Shown one piece after another: positions 14,283 through 27,901 of a DNA stretch of 64,000 nt (position 1 is its first letter; each line of letters opens with the position of its first letter). The notes beneath the pieces were generated by a model that saw only the letters and a program-made list of their open reading frames with translations, was not told the origin of the DNA and ran no database searches. The stretch comes from Harriotta raleighana (taxonomy: Eukaryota), in contig JBNZDD010013472.1 in the NCBI GenBank assembly GCA_050575255.1, positions 569,159 to 633,158 on the forward strand. Direction: 5' to 3'. A program made the position numbers and the translations under genes.

Positions 14283-14590
14283 CATATATATATATGTGTA
14301 TCTATAGAGAGCCTCTCGTCTCAGGCAGGGTAGCATCCCAGAGAGCTTGATAGTTTTGGAGTACAACGCCGAGTCGGTGAGGGAGGTGACCATCAGCACA
14401 GTCGAAGAAGAAAGTCTTCAGGTGCGACCTGAAGATGGGGAAGGATTGGGGGCAAGGCAGAGCGATTGGCGAAGAATATATCAGAGTTTGCAGGACCCAG
14501 CTCGGGCCTGACACAGTGACTGTCAAGTTCCTTGGAACGTCCTCCTGACGTGAAAGGAACTATACAAGCGTAATTTAGTTGTTGACAAGT
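14283..14590. mobile_element. L2 3' fragments (minus 14283-14480, plus tail 14530-14585)
   Basis: FRSHLKTFFF remnant and a (GTT)n-ended tail. Confidence 0.7.
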
Positions 14591-15107
14591 ATTTACAGGA
14601 CATGGCTCCAAATACACAAGGTAGAACACACTTTTAAAAAATCTTACCTGTTAGATGATATTACCCCAGCAGTGGCTTGAAAACATCGTCACAGGTAATC
14701 AATTCAGGATGTTTTGGGTTTTTTTTTTACATATGAAAAATAAATGTCCACTGGAGGGAAATGTTTTCAGGACCAAATTAGAAATCATACTTAGGCTTCT
14801 GACTTGCACTTAATTATACAGTAGTTCCCTTTTTATCACCTTTAACTTTCATATAATTTAATAAATACAATTCATATGAATTCAATTGTAATTCCTTCTT
14901 ATCACCTTTATTTTTCATATAATTTAATATAATATAAACATAATTAAAATAATATAAATTCAAGCTTTTCCACCTACTCACAGCAGCAAACCATATTGAC
15001 TGGTTTGGTTAGATTGTAAGGAGCTATATATCAGCTGATGGGGTCACAATCTGACTACATTGTTTGGGGAAGTTGAACGAGGGAAGTTTGTAATTTGTTT
15101 TCAAAAA

Positions 15108-15440
15108 ACAACTTTGATTTATACAGCGCCCTCCACACCGGAGGGCGTCTCAGAGCGCTTCACAATCCCGGGAGCGAGCCAGGGGCAGGGGAAGAAAGGC
15201 GACCAAAGGCGCGGTTGAAGAGAAAGGTCTTCAGCTGGGACCTGAAACTGGAAAAAGAGGGAGCGAGGTGGAGGGAGTGAGGAAGGGAATTCCAGAGCCT
15301 CGGGGTATAGCGGCTGAAAGCATGGAGGGAGAGGTCGGAGAGGTGCAGAGGAGTGGAGGGATTTGAAGATGAGGGTGAGGATCTTGAAATCAATCCTCTC
15401 TGGGATAGGCAGCCAGTGAAGTCTGGCAAGGTCTGGGGTA
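15108..15440 (-). mobile_element. L2 LINE 3' fragment
   Basis: Minus-strand translation includes AFSRYTPRLWNSLPHSL...FRSQLKTFLF, typical of the L2 ORF2 C-terminus, then a stem-loop tail ending in GTTG. Confidence 0.85.
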
Positions 15441-15559
15441 ATGGGTAATCACTCACGATTCAGCACGAGTTTGCCATTATTGGTTGCAATGTGCAGTTTA
15501 GCCCCGAACTCGCTTCTTCCTCCAGAATACACACAGTGAGTGTGGAGCTTCATTCACAA

Positions 15560-18174
15560 GAGCAACCCTTTTGTACAACTTTATTATTTTAAGAAAACAA
15601 ACACTTAAAAGGTGATTGCAGAGTTCCTCACTTCCCATTTCACACACCCACGCTTGGGATAAAACCATGAAAGAAACAGTTTATTCAAAGTTTTGTAAAC
15701 AAATCAGAGGAACAGAAACAATGGTAACATGCAGCATCTTCATACAATTCTACAAGACAAGTGTAACATTTCAGAAGCACAAAATCCAATTAGCTCTTTA
15801 ACCTGGAAATGTCCCCCTCCCCAAAAGGCTGTACAAAAATGTCTGAATTACACTAAATTTCAAGTCACTGAAATTTGCCAAGTATTGTATATACAAAGTG
15901 CATATTGAATGATACTTGGAATCAAGTACTAAGTACTCTAGAGCAAAGATGAAATCCTGGGTAACATAACCACTGACCTCTCTTAAATAGTTTTAGAGTG
16001 TTGCGTTCCACAGCAATTACTAAATGGGATCTTGCGGCTTATAGATCCTCTGGGGATGTAATCAATGCAGAAACACATCCTTGTTTGAAAGTAGAAGTGT
16101 AATGAAGTTATCTGCAATGCTTGATCGGGCTATCAACATGTTATTGTATTGTTATTTTCCAGTCATATTTTAGAAGGGAAGAAGCTATTATTTCTCCCCC
16201 AATGTAATAATAATCCTTGCATTTGATATAGCGCTTTTCACGTCTTCTAGGCGTCTCAAAGTGCTTTGCAGAATATACTGTAAAGTGAACTGACTGTATA
16301 TTTGTGGGCGAAACATGGCAGCCAACTGCACGCAGCAGTGTCCCCATAGACAGTCAAGGATTTATTATTGGGTTTTTTTCTTGAGGGATTATTATCAAGC
16401 GTGTGGAGTAAGGAAACTTGCCCAAGGTTTTGCCCTGACTGGAATTGAACCCAGGCCTCTCGCTTGCTAGGCGAGTGCTCTAACCACTGAAGCTACAGGG
16501 CTCCACCATGTAATATCTGTTTTGTCCATAATTAGACATTTTGAAAATAAAAACTTTCCAATCACAATTCATACACCTAATAGTGAACATGTCTAACTCT
16601 AAACAAGATATGGAATTCATGTAAAGAGAATAATAAAATTTCAAGTCTGTCCACATTGTCATGTCCCAGTCCGCAAAGTGTGTATAAGTTTGCCCCACAT
16701 GTAAGTTAAGTAGCCAATTTACTAATAACAATCAAATGCAAGGATTATTAGCAGTAAATCAAAGGGTTATACATTTCCATTGTACATTTTTTTTTTTTTA
16801 AATCTACAACATTCACTTTAAAAAGTATACTTCCTGTCTGCCTGCTGTATAGAGGATATTACAATATCAAAACTTTTGCTATGATTTTATCATGGAAAGT
16901 TTCACAAGAGTAGCTAGCGACTGTATATCTCATGAATGAAAATTGTACCAGAAAGCTTCAACATGTAGCATTTGGCTATATATAATAAGTGCAGTGTTAG
17001 TTGCTATTATTTTGTGTTGTGTACAATGGGAGAGCCAACAATTTTTCTTTTAGAAAAAAATACTTCAGCACGTAATGAGTCTGACCGGAGTATGTCGCTA
17101 CAGTTCAAGTTACACTTTATCCACACTCACTAACGTGGAAGGCCATGCTATGTATGGCACTTTTCCAGTCAATGGATTTCCCTCTATAGCGCACACAGTC
17201 AGGATTGCCGGGGTATTTGCTGCTGGATAAAGACCACGAGATGTCGATCGGTAATTGATACCTAGCCTCTACATACCTAGCCATAGGTAAGCAGATAGCT
17301 ACAGTCTGAGCTCATATGTACAGGATTGGTATATATTAATGTATTCTATACAGGATTATGATAAAGGGGCTATGCAAACTATAATTTACTTCTATTAAAG
17401 ACATTTCAGATGAACTTCATTTACCATACCGGGTTTTGATGCTCAATATATTTTTCTACGGGTTAGACAGTTGGGAGAGCACTCAAGACACAAGAGTAGA
17501 TCAAGGCAATGAACCCACAAAGCACAAAGGATATGTACTATGTTCAGAGAATAACACTGCACTCTTGAGCAAAATGCAATCTTATTGATGAATTATTGTA
17601 TAACTATACAAGGCAAAAAAAAAGTTTCAGCTACAGGATTTAACTGGTCCGATTTGTATACTGTAAATTTAACCACAGCTATTCTCAAATGCCACTTTAA
17701 TTGACCTGAATGTATTACAGATTCCTGCTCATATCTACACAAGTCATTTGGATGATTTTATACTACATTTTTTTTGTGGGTAAAGGGTTAATCAATGAGC
17801 TGGTTAGCAAGCCCCTTTCTCAAAAACAACAGTAACTCAAATTTGGTTCATAAAATCTTAAAAAGTACAAAATATACAAAATAATGTACAGAGGTAAATA
17901 AACTCCCCCCACCCCTTCCCCTTCCCCACCCCCCCACCCCCAAGCATTTGCAATTAAAAATCAAACAGTTACTTATAATCTTTTTGAAACAAATATTAGT
18001 CATACCACCTTCTATTTCACCGGACGCCAACCACTGGAAGTTCTCAAACTGCCTGAGTAATGCACTTGTAAAACGAAAAGGCCATGGCATAGCGTACAAC
18101 GATTGATTCTGTTATTGCCTCAGTCGTTCATAAGATGCCTTCCACAGTCAATAAACCTTTATCTCAATCACCAG
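15560..18174 (-). other. GOLM2: Probable GOLM2 3' UTR with candidate poly(A) signals
   Basis: AT-rich sequence after the stop codon, with minus-strand AATAAA at 15680-15685 and 15580-15585. The true end is not determinable from sequence alone. Confidence 0.5.
16205..16504 (-). mobile_element. Deu-SINE copy inside the probable GOLM2 3' UTR
   Basis: Same head, core and tail. Confidence 0.88.
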
Positions 18175-18260
18175 TTACAAACCATCTGCTACGAAGTGAC
18201 GGTTTTCGTACCCATCTGCGGGATTGTTCATATCCCCTGGAAGCTCTTGCTCCTCGTCAT
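18175..18260 (-). CDS. GOLM2: GOLM2 last coding exon (exon 11)
   Basis: DDEEQELPGDMNNPADGYENRHFVADGL followed by TAA. Acceptor ccaacggcag| after a poly-C tract. Joined CDS is 1575 nt, 524 aa. Confidence 0.93.
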
Positions 18261-18430
18261 CTGCCGTTGGGGGGGGGGAAACAAAACGTCCATAGAATTA
18301 GGTCGGCGGGAGGGGAGGTGTCCCTCCAAGGGTAGGGGGAGAGAGAGAGAGAGAGAGAGAACATTCCATTCCAACAGTCTATCCCTTGTAGGTGGGATGC
18401 ATGGAATTCTCAAGTTTTCTGGAGACTCTT

Positions 18431-19270
18431 AATAATAATCCTTGCATTTGATATAGCGCTTCACAGAATTCTGTACATTTGTGGGCAAAACGCGGCAGCC
18501 AATTGCGCACATGATTGTCCCCACAAACAGTCATGGATTGAAAATGACCAATTTTTTTATTATTATTAGGTGTGTGTGTGTGTAAGGGAACTCAGGCCAA
18601 GGCTTCGCCCTGAGCTGCCTGGATTTGAAACACAGGTATCATGCTTGTAAGGCAAGAGCTTTCACTGAGCTACAGGGAAACCAATGCTATAGCCAAAGTG
18701 TTGCCTGGAGCAGAGCTAGCCTGAAGTTCAGACCGTTTCACCCTACAAGAGCTGCATTTATATAACCAGATTGATTGCAAAATTCCTCAGGTTTGCAGGT
18801 TCTCAAGGCTAGATGCAAGTGAACGGAATGTGTGGTATTAAGCTTTTCGGTATATTAAGTGACCGATTAGTCCTCGTATGACCAATCAGCCCGCTTCGCC
18901 AGAAATCACCACCTTCAAATCCAACAGCATACTTTTCTTGTAGCAAAGACGATGATAATAATAATCCTTGCGTTTATGATAGCACTTATCGTGTCGCTGA
19001 GACATCTCAACGAGCTTCACAGAATATTTTGTGAAGTAGATTAATTGTATGTTTTGTGTGGCGAAATGCACAGTCAATTGCGCACCATTGGGTCCCACAA
19101 ACAGTCGTGGATAGAGTGACCAAATTATTATTATTTGAAGGGATAATTACCCCATGGAAAACGACTAACAACTGGGTTCCTAATGACTTGCAGTAAGGTT
19201 TCACCCTGCCCAGGAATCGAACCTGGGCTCTCTCACTTGCGAGGCGAGTGCTCTAACTAACCAATATGAT
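18431..19270 (-). mobile_element. Two degenerate Deu-SINE copies (about 18431-18675 and 18953-19270)
   Basis: Same consensus with deletions. Confidence 0.8.
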
Positions 19271-20054
19271 ACAGGAATCCGCTTAGCACAGGATTTATGT
19301 ACCGTATTGAATTTGGTCCGATTCAATTTGTCAGGAACATTACAAACAGAGCAGTACACTCTCCTGAATTAACTGACAGAATCCCATCAGCAGGAAAAAC
19401 AAAATCTAAATCCTTCAATGATGCAGTTAAAGGAAGCTCAAACAATAGATCACAGACACTGTTGACAATTTTCAATCGCCCTCCCATTTTTTTAAAAAAA
19501 AGCTCGGATGTTCTGAGTTCATTCTGAACTAAATAGCTGGCAACAGGAACAAAGACATTTCACCATATTCATAATGAATGTTACTTGGAATCAAATACAC
19601 ACACACTCACGCAAACGCACAAAAAGACACACATACATAGAACAGCTACAATACTAGAATGTAGTCAGAGATGCTGGAGATGGAAAAGTGAAGGAAGATG
19701 AGAATGAGGGGTGGGGGGGTCACACCACGGGCTGCATGCAGGCAGTCAGCAGGCAACTCCGAACATGGGCAGGCTCACAATGCGTGCAGAGAAGCGGATG
19801 GGAGCATGCAGACACAACTAAAGCTAAATCTGTATTATCTGCATTGTAACAGTAATAATAATATTAATGATCCTTGCATCTGATATAGCGCCTGATCACG
19901 TCTTCGAGACGTCTCGTTGCACTCAATAATTCACAAGTCTATTAATGCTTAGTTGGGGGGGGGGGGGGGGAAGAACACGGAAGTTTAAACCCAATACAGC
20001 ACAGAAAGGCCATTTGGCTAAACCAGTCCATGCTGCTATATATGCCCCAAGTGT

Positions 20055-20767
20055 TAATAATAATCCTTGCCATTTGATACGGCGCCTTTTCATGTCTTCG
20101 ACACGTCTCAAAGCGCTTCACAGAATATACGGCAGAGTGAATCGACTTGTATATTTTGTGGGCAAAACGGGGCAGCCAAATTGCGCAGATTGCAGTGTCC
20201 CCCCCACACAAACGGTTGCGGTGGATTATTAAGTGATTTTAAGTAAGATAATATCCCAGTGAACTCTTAATACCATAAAGAGAAATACTACACACAAGAA
20301 TAAGGGGAGACTCAACCTGACTGAAGATCAACTGGACTTGGGACGTTCTCCTGACGGGAAAGGCGCTATACAAGTATAACTTTGTTGTTGTTGTTGTTGG
20401 CTTGCGGGGAGGGGCATTTAATAATATAAGTAATAATAATAATCCTTGCATTTAATATAGCACTTTTTCACATCTTATCAATGTCTCAAAGCGCTTCACA
20501 GAATATACTGCGAAGTGAATTGACTGTATATTTGTGGGCGAAACGCAGCAGCCAATTGGGGGCAAAGCAGTGTCCCCACAAACAGTCGTGGTTTGAAATG
20601 ACCAATATATTATTGCGTTTTATGGGGGGAGGGATTATTATTAGTCGCGCGCGTGTGTGTGGAGTAAGGAAACTTGCCCAAGGTTTCGCTCTGACCTGCC
20701 TGGATTCGAAACACTGGTCCTACACGCTTGTAAGGCAAATGCTCTAACCCACTGAGCTATGGGAGCT
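20055..20767 (-). mobile_element. Partial SINE (20055-20228), L2 tail (about 20340-20400) and full SINE (20428-20767)
   Basis: Matches to the in-window consensus. Confidence 0.85.
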
Positions 20768-20770
20768 TCA

Positions 20771-21025
<255 letters not shown>

Positions 21026-22794
21026 TCAAAAGCGATTGGAGAGACAAGATGGACGGACGGAGACAGAGACAGAGACAGAGAGAGAGAGAGAGAGAGAGAG
21101 GAAGTAGGGGAGAGAGAGAGAGAGGAGAGAAAAAAAGACAGAAATCCATATTGAATATGGAGAACAATAGAATTCAATGACTTTTTAAAAGGAGATACTC
21201 AACAGATCCTTGACTGTAGTCGATCCTTTTTACTCCAGCTTCCCTGAGATCTCAATCACAATGGTTAGTTTATCAGCCCATATGTGGCGGGTGGTTGGGA
21301 GGGAGGGAGGGAGGGAGGGAGGGATAGATGTTTTTTCTGAAACTTATGCAACAGCTTCCATTGAGAACCGTAGTTGATGATCGCTTGATTGGTGGCAAAT
21401 TAAAATTGGCTGTTTTAAAAGTTTGAAAATTGTTGTTCCCCTCCCCTCCCCCTCATGATTATTATTGATTTAGGTTGTAAATCACGTCCTCCCGACATGA
21501 AAGGTGCTCTATAAATATAATTTTGTTGCTGTTGTGCCTGCCTGGGGATTTGGGTGGATGTAAACCGGCTGCTGCATTGCTCCCGACAACAGCCAAGCGG
21601 TGAAATTCCACTGATCCGATCTCTGAACAAGATGAAAACTCGAGTGTGTGAAGTTTGACAGACCAGATACAGAGCAGCGACAGACAGACTGCAGGAGTGA
21701 AGTACAGATCAACATCCAGTAGAGGTCACTACAATTAAGCAGCTTGCAATCAATCGTCCAGCGACAGAGCAATCAAAGCAACGTAAAATTCAAGCCCCGA
21801 TTCAACACGATTGTGCTGAATGAACAGTCAACGAGCTTCAGATTTTCAGACCTGTGTCTGAATTTGCCACCCAAAATCTGTCATCAGCTGCTCAGTACAG
21901 AATCCTGGGTATCTTAATGCAATTTAAAACCTTTATCCCGCCACTCCGTCCGGTATGTAGAGAAGTTGATAAACAGTTACGTCATCACAGTTGATCGCAT
22001 TTGTGAATTCGGTGCAATTATAGTACCCAGAGTCACTGTAAATTGCCCAGGCTATTCTCAAAACTCCCTGCGCAGAGAAAACTCCACCTTGTACAAGGGA
22101 AAAGGAACATCTGGCCTCAGATTTACCGAAGAAAAGTAGGTAAAGATGGAATATCCCACAGCTCAGAGTTCCAAATTGAACTAACAATGCGAGAGTAATT
22201 GTTCATGTATTATTACCACTCGATGTGAAAGGCGCTCTAGAAATGTAATTTTGTTGTTGTATTACATCTCGTAAACCATCAACGATACGTTCGTGTCGAG
22301 GGCTGTAGTGTGATATTGACACCAAAGACACTCTCTTACTCCCTCGCTTCCATCAAGGCACATCTACCGACCCTCCTCTTCAAACACCCTCTGATCCCAA
22401 CCCTCCTGATCCCAAACTCTCTGCCCGGGCCCACAACATGATCAGGTGCTATGTCAAGCACAAATGGGTGCTGTCCTGATCGCAGTCTTCTTCAACAAAG
22501 TTTGGAGAACCTGGTTGCAGCTTACTGATGTTGCGTATCATGGATGTAAAGACTCACTCACACACAGGCTCACTACATACACACACACACACTGCACCCA
22601 TCGGATCAACTGCCGACCATTTTGTGATCTGGACGTCAAACCAAACGGATGCAATGTGTCGTGCAGAGTGCTTCCGTTGCTCCGAGAGATTTTTTTTAAA
22701 TGTGGGAAAAAAAATGTATCAACATGTTCGTACCCGAGTGGGTCTCGACAATGAATTTGACCATTGGCGTGGCAATCCTCCTAGTAATATATGT

Positions 22795-23137
22795 ATAATA
22801 ACAATAATCCTTGCATTTGATAAAGCTCTTTTCACATCTTATCGACGTCTCAAAGCGCTTCACAGAATATACTGTAGAGTGAATTTACTGAATATTTGTG
22901 GGTGAAATGTGGCAGCCAATGGCGCACAGCAGCGTCCCACACAAACAGTAGTGGATTGAAATGACCAATTTTATTATTGTGGGTTTTTTGGGACAAATTA
23001 TTATTAGGTATATGTGTGTGTGTGTGTGTGTGTGGAGTAAGGAAACTTGCCCAAGGCTTCGCCCTATTCTAACTGGATTTGAAACACAGGTCTCACACTT
23101 GTAAGGCGAGTGCTCTAACCACTGAGCTACAGGAGCT
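22795..23137 (-). mobile_element. Deu-SINE, full length
   Basis: Same consensus, internal (CA)n. Confidence 0.9.
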
Positions 23138-23331
23138 CTTGATATACAGCACTGTCAAGTAGATTATAAATTAACACGACAGTGGAAGAGGATTTCACCC
23201 CCGACCAGAAACAAGGCGAGCGATGACAGCTCGGGCGCTCTTCGTTGGCACTGAAACATACCAGTTGTGTGGACAGACAGCATTTAAGAACCGTTAGGAG
23301 GGTGAGTGAAAAGCAAAGCAAATCCACGTAC

Positions 23332-23514
23332 CTGGCTGGTGTTTAAAATGGGCTCCGCGCTCATTCGCTTTCTCTATGGTACCGAGTTTACTCCTGTGGC
23401 CCAGAGAGTTTGGCAAGCCGTGAGGGGGCACAAAGCGAAGGGCTGAGTTGGCTGGGACCTGAAGCACTGCCCCGTTCTCCATGTGACGCTCGCGCTTTCC
23501 TTCCAGGTCTCTGG
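23332..23514 (-). CDS. GOLM2: GOLM2 coding exon 9
   Basis: 183-nt open frame ARDLEGKRE...ANERGAHFKHQP. Acceptor ttttgacgcag|, donor CAG|GTACGT, phase 1-1. Confidence 0.78.
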
Positions 23515-23572
23515 CTGCGTCAAAACAGTTCAAAGGGAGAACAGAATCAGTTCACACTTACATTACAACAAC

Positions 23573-23905
23573 AATAATTATAATAATAATAATCCCTGCA
23601 TTAGATATAGCGGCTTTTCATGTCTTCTAGACTGTGTCTCAAAGTGCTTCACAGAATATACTGAAAAGTGATTTGACTGTACATTTGTGAGCGGGTGAAA
23701 CGCGGCAGTCAATTGCGCACAAACATTCAGGGATTGAAATGACCAATTTTATTATCGTGTTTTTTTTGAGGGATTATTAGGCATGTGCGTGTATGTGTGG
23801 AGAAAGGAAACTTGCCCAAGGTTTCTCCCTGAATTGCCTGGATTCGAACCCACAGGTCTCACGCTTGTAAGGCGAGCCCTCTAACCCACTGAGCTACAGG
23901 AGCTC
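23573..23905 (-). mobile_element. Deu-SINE, near full length
   Basis: Same consensus. Confidence 0.88.
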
Positions 23906-24979
23906 CGCAACAACAACAAAATTAAATTGATAGATCGTCTTTTCACGTTTGAGGGGCTGTGGGGAGAGAGCAGGGGGTGGGTGGGGGGGNAACCCACTGA
24001 GCTACAGGAGCTCCGCAACAACAACAAAATTAAATTGATAGATCGTCTTTTCACGTTTGAGGGTCTGTGGGGAGAGAGCAGGGGGTGGGTGGGGGGGGGG
24101 GGGGGAGGGGTAGTGGGATTGTTTTTGGACAGCTCCTTTCAAAAAGCCAGCATGGACACGATGGGCCGAATGGCTTCCTTCTGGGCTATATAGTTGTACG
24201 ATTCTATGCTCAGTACAATGGCCCGAGGTGTTTCTAATTGAAAAGCTGGAACTTAATATTCCGGGCAGGGGTGGGATGGGATTAAACAGTGTGGCAAAAA
24301 CACATGATTGTTGGCACCAGCCACATCGTTTGGTTCTGTGGGCGATGTCTCGTGATGTGGCTGGTTTTTCTACAGTGAGCGATTGTCACCGATTGCTGAG
24401 CTGGTGGATGGGGGTGGGGTAGGTGGTAGGATAGGTCAGTGCAGTGAGTGAGAATCGTTCCATTCTCACGAAGCACGGCTAGGGAGCTCAAGACTGAAGC
24501 TTCACTGAGCACTCTCGTCTCAAATATCAACTGGATTAAAAACTGACCAGCAGAGAGTGAGATCCGCAACTTTAAGTAACAGTCTGCTCGCAAATATCCT
24601 CCCTGTCCGCAGCTGCCAATCACGTGGGTCTCACTCGCTGCACCGCAAGCAGGCAGTCTGCCCTGGGGAGATGACCCTCAGTACAGGAGAATTGGGACCT
24701 TTCAAGCATCCTTCCACACAATACACAGTGAATTCACTTTGCAGTATATCTCCGTGAAGCGCTTTGAGACGTCTCAACGACGCAATAAGGTGCTATATAT
24801 CTCGAACGCAAGGATTATTATTATTATTATTCTCTCTCACACACGGAGCAAACTGCCAGGGGAAGAGAGACGGACAAAGAGGGCGAGAGAGCGCTTTAGG
24901 AAGGCTTGGTCCCCGTACGCACCGGCCTCCACTCTCGCAGCGGATGAAGCTCAGACTGCGTCGGGTATGATTTATTTAC

Positions 24980-25288
24980 CTGGTTGGAACCTCAGAGCCT
25001 CTCCGATTTCATCTGCTTTGACAGGGAGCTCCTCATTCTGTCTGTCCGCCAGCTCCCCGTTCTCCAGAGAGTCTGGCAGGTGTAGTCTATTCTTGGCTGT
25101 TTTGCCCACAACCCCTTGGTTGGTGTGAAGCCCGGCCTGATTTGGGGGCAGCTGAATGACGGGGCTCCGCTCAAGATGTTGGGCATGTGCAGGCTTAGCC
25201 TCGGGCTGTAAATTGCCATCCTGGACTCCAACAACCTTGACTATCCCGTTCTCGTCATCGTGAAAGTTCACGGCGTTTTTCTTGCGAT
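24980..25288 (-). CDS. GOLM2: GOLM2 coding exon 8 (long, poorly conserved)
   Basis: 309-nt open frame DRKKNAVNFHDDENG...EALRFQP. Acceptor tttgttccag|, donor CAG|GTAAAT, phase 1-1. Confidence 0.82.
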
Positions 25289-26233
25289 CTGGAACAAAGA
25301 TTGTTTTGAACAATTAAGAAACTCGACCCACGAGTTTCATCTCAGGTTTCCACCACAAAAGGAGAGAGCAACTGATCTGCTAGAAAATGTATGTACAGTA
25401 TTAGAATGCACTTAAGAGGAAGCTGGATAATACACTCGAGGGAGAAGGGAATGGAGGAGTGAGTGAGTGAGCGAGTTTCCCCAGTTATCAGAACTCAGGG
25501 ATCTTTGATTCCATTTTCCCACCTTCCTTCGATGCTAAATTCCTTTCCAAAGATTCACTGCACATTCAGAGTTTCAGAAGGAGCGAGCCTCTCTCACTAT
25601 TGCCGATCATTTACCCCGATCCCTAATAAACGCGGATGGTTTCTCCAGCAAACAGCCGAAAGCCGACTGAATGTCAAAGCAGCTCCTATAAACGCTTACT
25701 GTACTGCATTGACGGGGAAACAGATCAACTGCCTGATTGCCAGCAGAGGGAGCTGGAATAACAGTGCGCATCTCTCAACCTCTTGGAGATGGTCCAATAT
25801 CTGACGGAATGGTTTCTGTTGGTTGCTGCTTTTCGCTGGTTTAGGCAAAACGAAAATGACACAACCTCATTTTATAATCGACCGCCATGATTTATTTCCT
25901 CAACGGCCCCCCTCCCACGACACCAGGCCAGAACACTTGCACTTAACAGGAGGATGAAAAATCCTCTCAAGCAAGGGAACAGTACGAAATTCAATTTGTT
26001 CCAACACAAACAGTTTTGGGGACGTGGTTGGGGGGGGGGTGGTGAGCGGGGATAATCTAGATTAGGTAACTAACAGTGCAAAGACATTCATCCTTTCCTC
26101 TCTTCGTTCCCATGTGCCGTTTCTCTCTGCGGATCATGCAAATAGCTTTTTAACGTTTAGATGCAACTTTAAATTCAACACAAAGAGGATTTCTTTTCCC
26201 CCACAACCCTCCCCGCCCCACCCCCATACTGAC

Positions 26234-26314
26234 CAATGGAGAGATCGATGGCTTTGCCCAGATCATTATCCTCCATCCCAGGCATCCCAGCATCATCATC
26301 CGGTTTCCCCAAAT
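26234..26314 (-). CDS. GOLM2: GOLM2 coding exon 7
   Basis: LGKPDDDAGMPGMEDNDLGKAIDLSI contains the family motif DAGMPG.E.NDL. 81 nt, phase 1-1. Confidence 0.95.
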
Positions 26315-27093
26315 CTGCGAAAGGGAATTCGGGGGTTAAAAACAAAATCAAACCATAAGTTTCAAAGATACATTTTAGGTGAAATTCTGTCAGCAGCACA
26401 AGGGAAGGATATTAGTGCTACAAAATGGATGCTGGTTTTCCACTTTTTATTCCCAACAGCAGCTCTGAGAGCGAATCTCTCCTTCTGCCTTTATAATATA
26501 ATAATAATCCTTATATTTGATGTAGCGCTTTTCATGTCTTATTGATGTCTTTCAAAGCGCTTCACAGAATATTCTATAAAGTGAATCTACTGTATATGAA
26601 TTGACTCAACAATCTGCAAGAGTGTCCACCCGAGAAAGATATACATACAGCGGACCCCATACCCAGCTCTCGGATTCCCTCGTCGACCGATGGTTTGAAA
26701 TAGTGGCCCGAGATCTCAATTAGTGCGTGCGTATGTGCGGGCGGGGAAGAAGAGAAACTCTGCACGATAGATTCAGGGGGCGCTGAAAGGGCCAGGATTG
26801 CCACGTGAACTCATTTCACCTCTGACCACATTCAGCCATCAGAGGCAAGAGAAACCCTATCTTCCCCAAATCTACACCACTACTGCACAGGGCAAAAATC
26901 ATCCGAGTTTTATTTACCTCGGAGCCTGCGGCTCTGACAATTTGCTCAGTTGACCTCCTCGCACAAATGGTTTATCAGCTAACGGGTAGGAGGCTTGCAC
27001 TTGAATGGGTTGAACACGACAGTAAACAGAATTCGATTTCGTCAACTTGAAATGCTAAATGGAGAGAATCGTCTTTTTAGAAACCTTCCTTAC

Positions 27094-27238
27094 TTATATT
27101 TTTCTTTTCGCTGTCCGGGTGAGGCGGCACTTTGTTTCCGTCGCTGTCACCGGTTTTTGGCAGCACGACATCACCTGCGATCACCTTGTCTTTGACGTGA
27201 AGCCTGTCCTCTGGCTGAGGGTCATCTTGGTTTCCAGG
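27094..27238 (-). CDS. GOLM2: GOLM2 coding exon 6
   Basis: Open frame PGNQDDPQPEDRLHVKDK...SEKKNI. Acceptor cccttag|, donor A|GTAAGG. 145 nt, phase 0-1 bridges exons 5 and 7. Low sequence conservation. Confidence 0.85.
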
Positions 27239-27454
27239 CTAAGGGAGGATGTACAAGTGCCAAAGTTGAACAGGGCAACATGACAAAAAAAAACACAAAC
27301 CCACATCGTCCACAACAGCTCACACTTGTAAAGTGCCTTTCCCAAGGCGCTCGACAGTCAAGGATTTGAACTGGAGGGTTGGGCAATGGTGGGGCGGGTC
27401 AAGTGGAGGACTTGGAGCAGACTGGAGCCCGCTGATCTGTTTAGCAGGTCACAG

Positions 27455-27600
27455 ATTGACAGATTTCTTATGGATAAATGGATTAAAGGATATGGGGATA
27501 AAGCAGGCAAGGTGGAGTTAGATTAGAAGATCAGCCATGACCTCATTGAATGGCGGGGCAGGCTCCAGGGGCTGAATGACCTACTCCTGTTCCTTATTCT
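27455..27600 (+). mobile_element. CR1 LINE 3' end
   Basis: ggatatgggga...gtggagtt...gatcagccatgacctcattgaatggcggggcaggctc...gaatgacctactcctgttcct, a chondrichthyan CR1-type tail. A similar copy lies on the minus strand at about 3700-3785, with other CR1-like remnants near 24140, 40450 and 55300. Confidence 0.75.
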
Positions 27601-27780
27601 TACGTTCACAAGAGCTAGGGAACAGCAAGGCCGTGTAGGTCTTTCAAAGCAAGGACAAGGATTTTGTCTGGAGGGTGGGCAGCAGGTGGAGCTGAGCGAT
27701 AACCCTCCACCCAAGTTACCTCAACATTTCTTCCCCCAATAAAGTTGAAGGTCGCTAAATCACTGCCCTTCGTAGTTTAC

Positions 27781-27901
27781 CTGGTTTGGATTCCCAATAT
27801 CTAGTTGAAGCTTTGGAAGTTGTTCATACAGTTTTCCTAAAGTCTTGAACTTCTCTTCCCATTGCTCTTTAAGCGCACTGATCTGTTGGCCACACTGCAG
27901 A
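27781..27901 (-). CDS. GOLM2: GOLM2 coding exon 5
   Basis: LQCGQQISALKEQWEEKFKTLGKLYEQLPKLQLDIGNPNQ with the conserved QCGQQ. 121 nt, acceptor ttgcag|, donor CAG|GTAAAC, phase 2-0. Confidence 0.93.

Noticed and set aside
23883-24099. About 107-bp direct duplication
   Set aside because: The copies are separated by a single N, which indicates a contig-overlap artefact.
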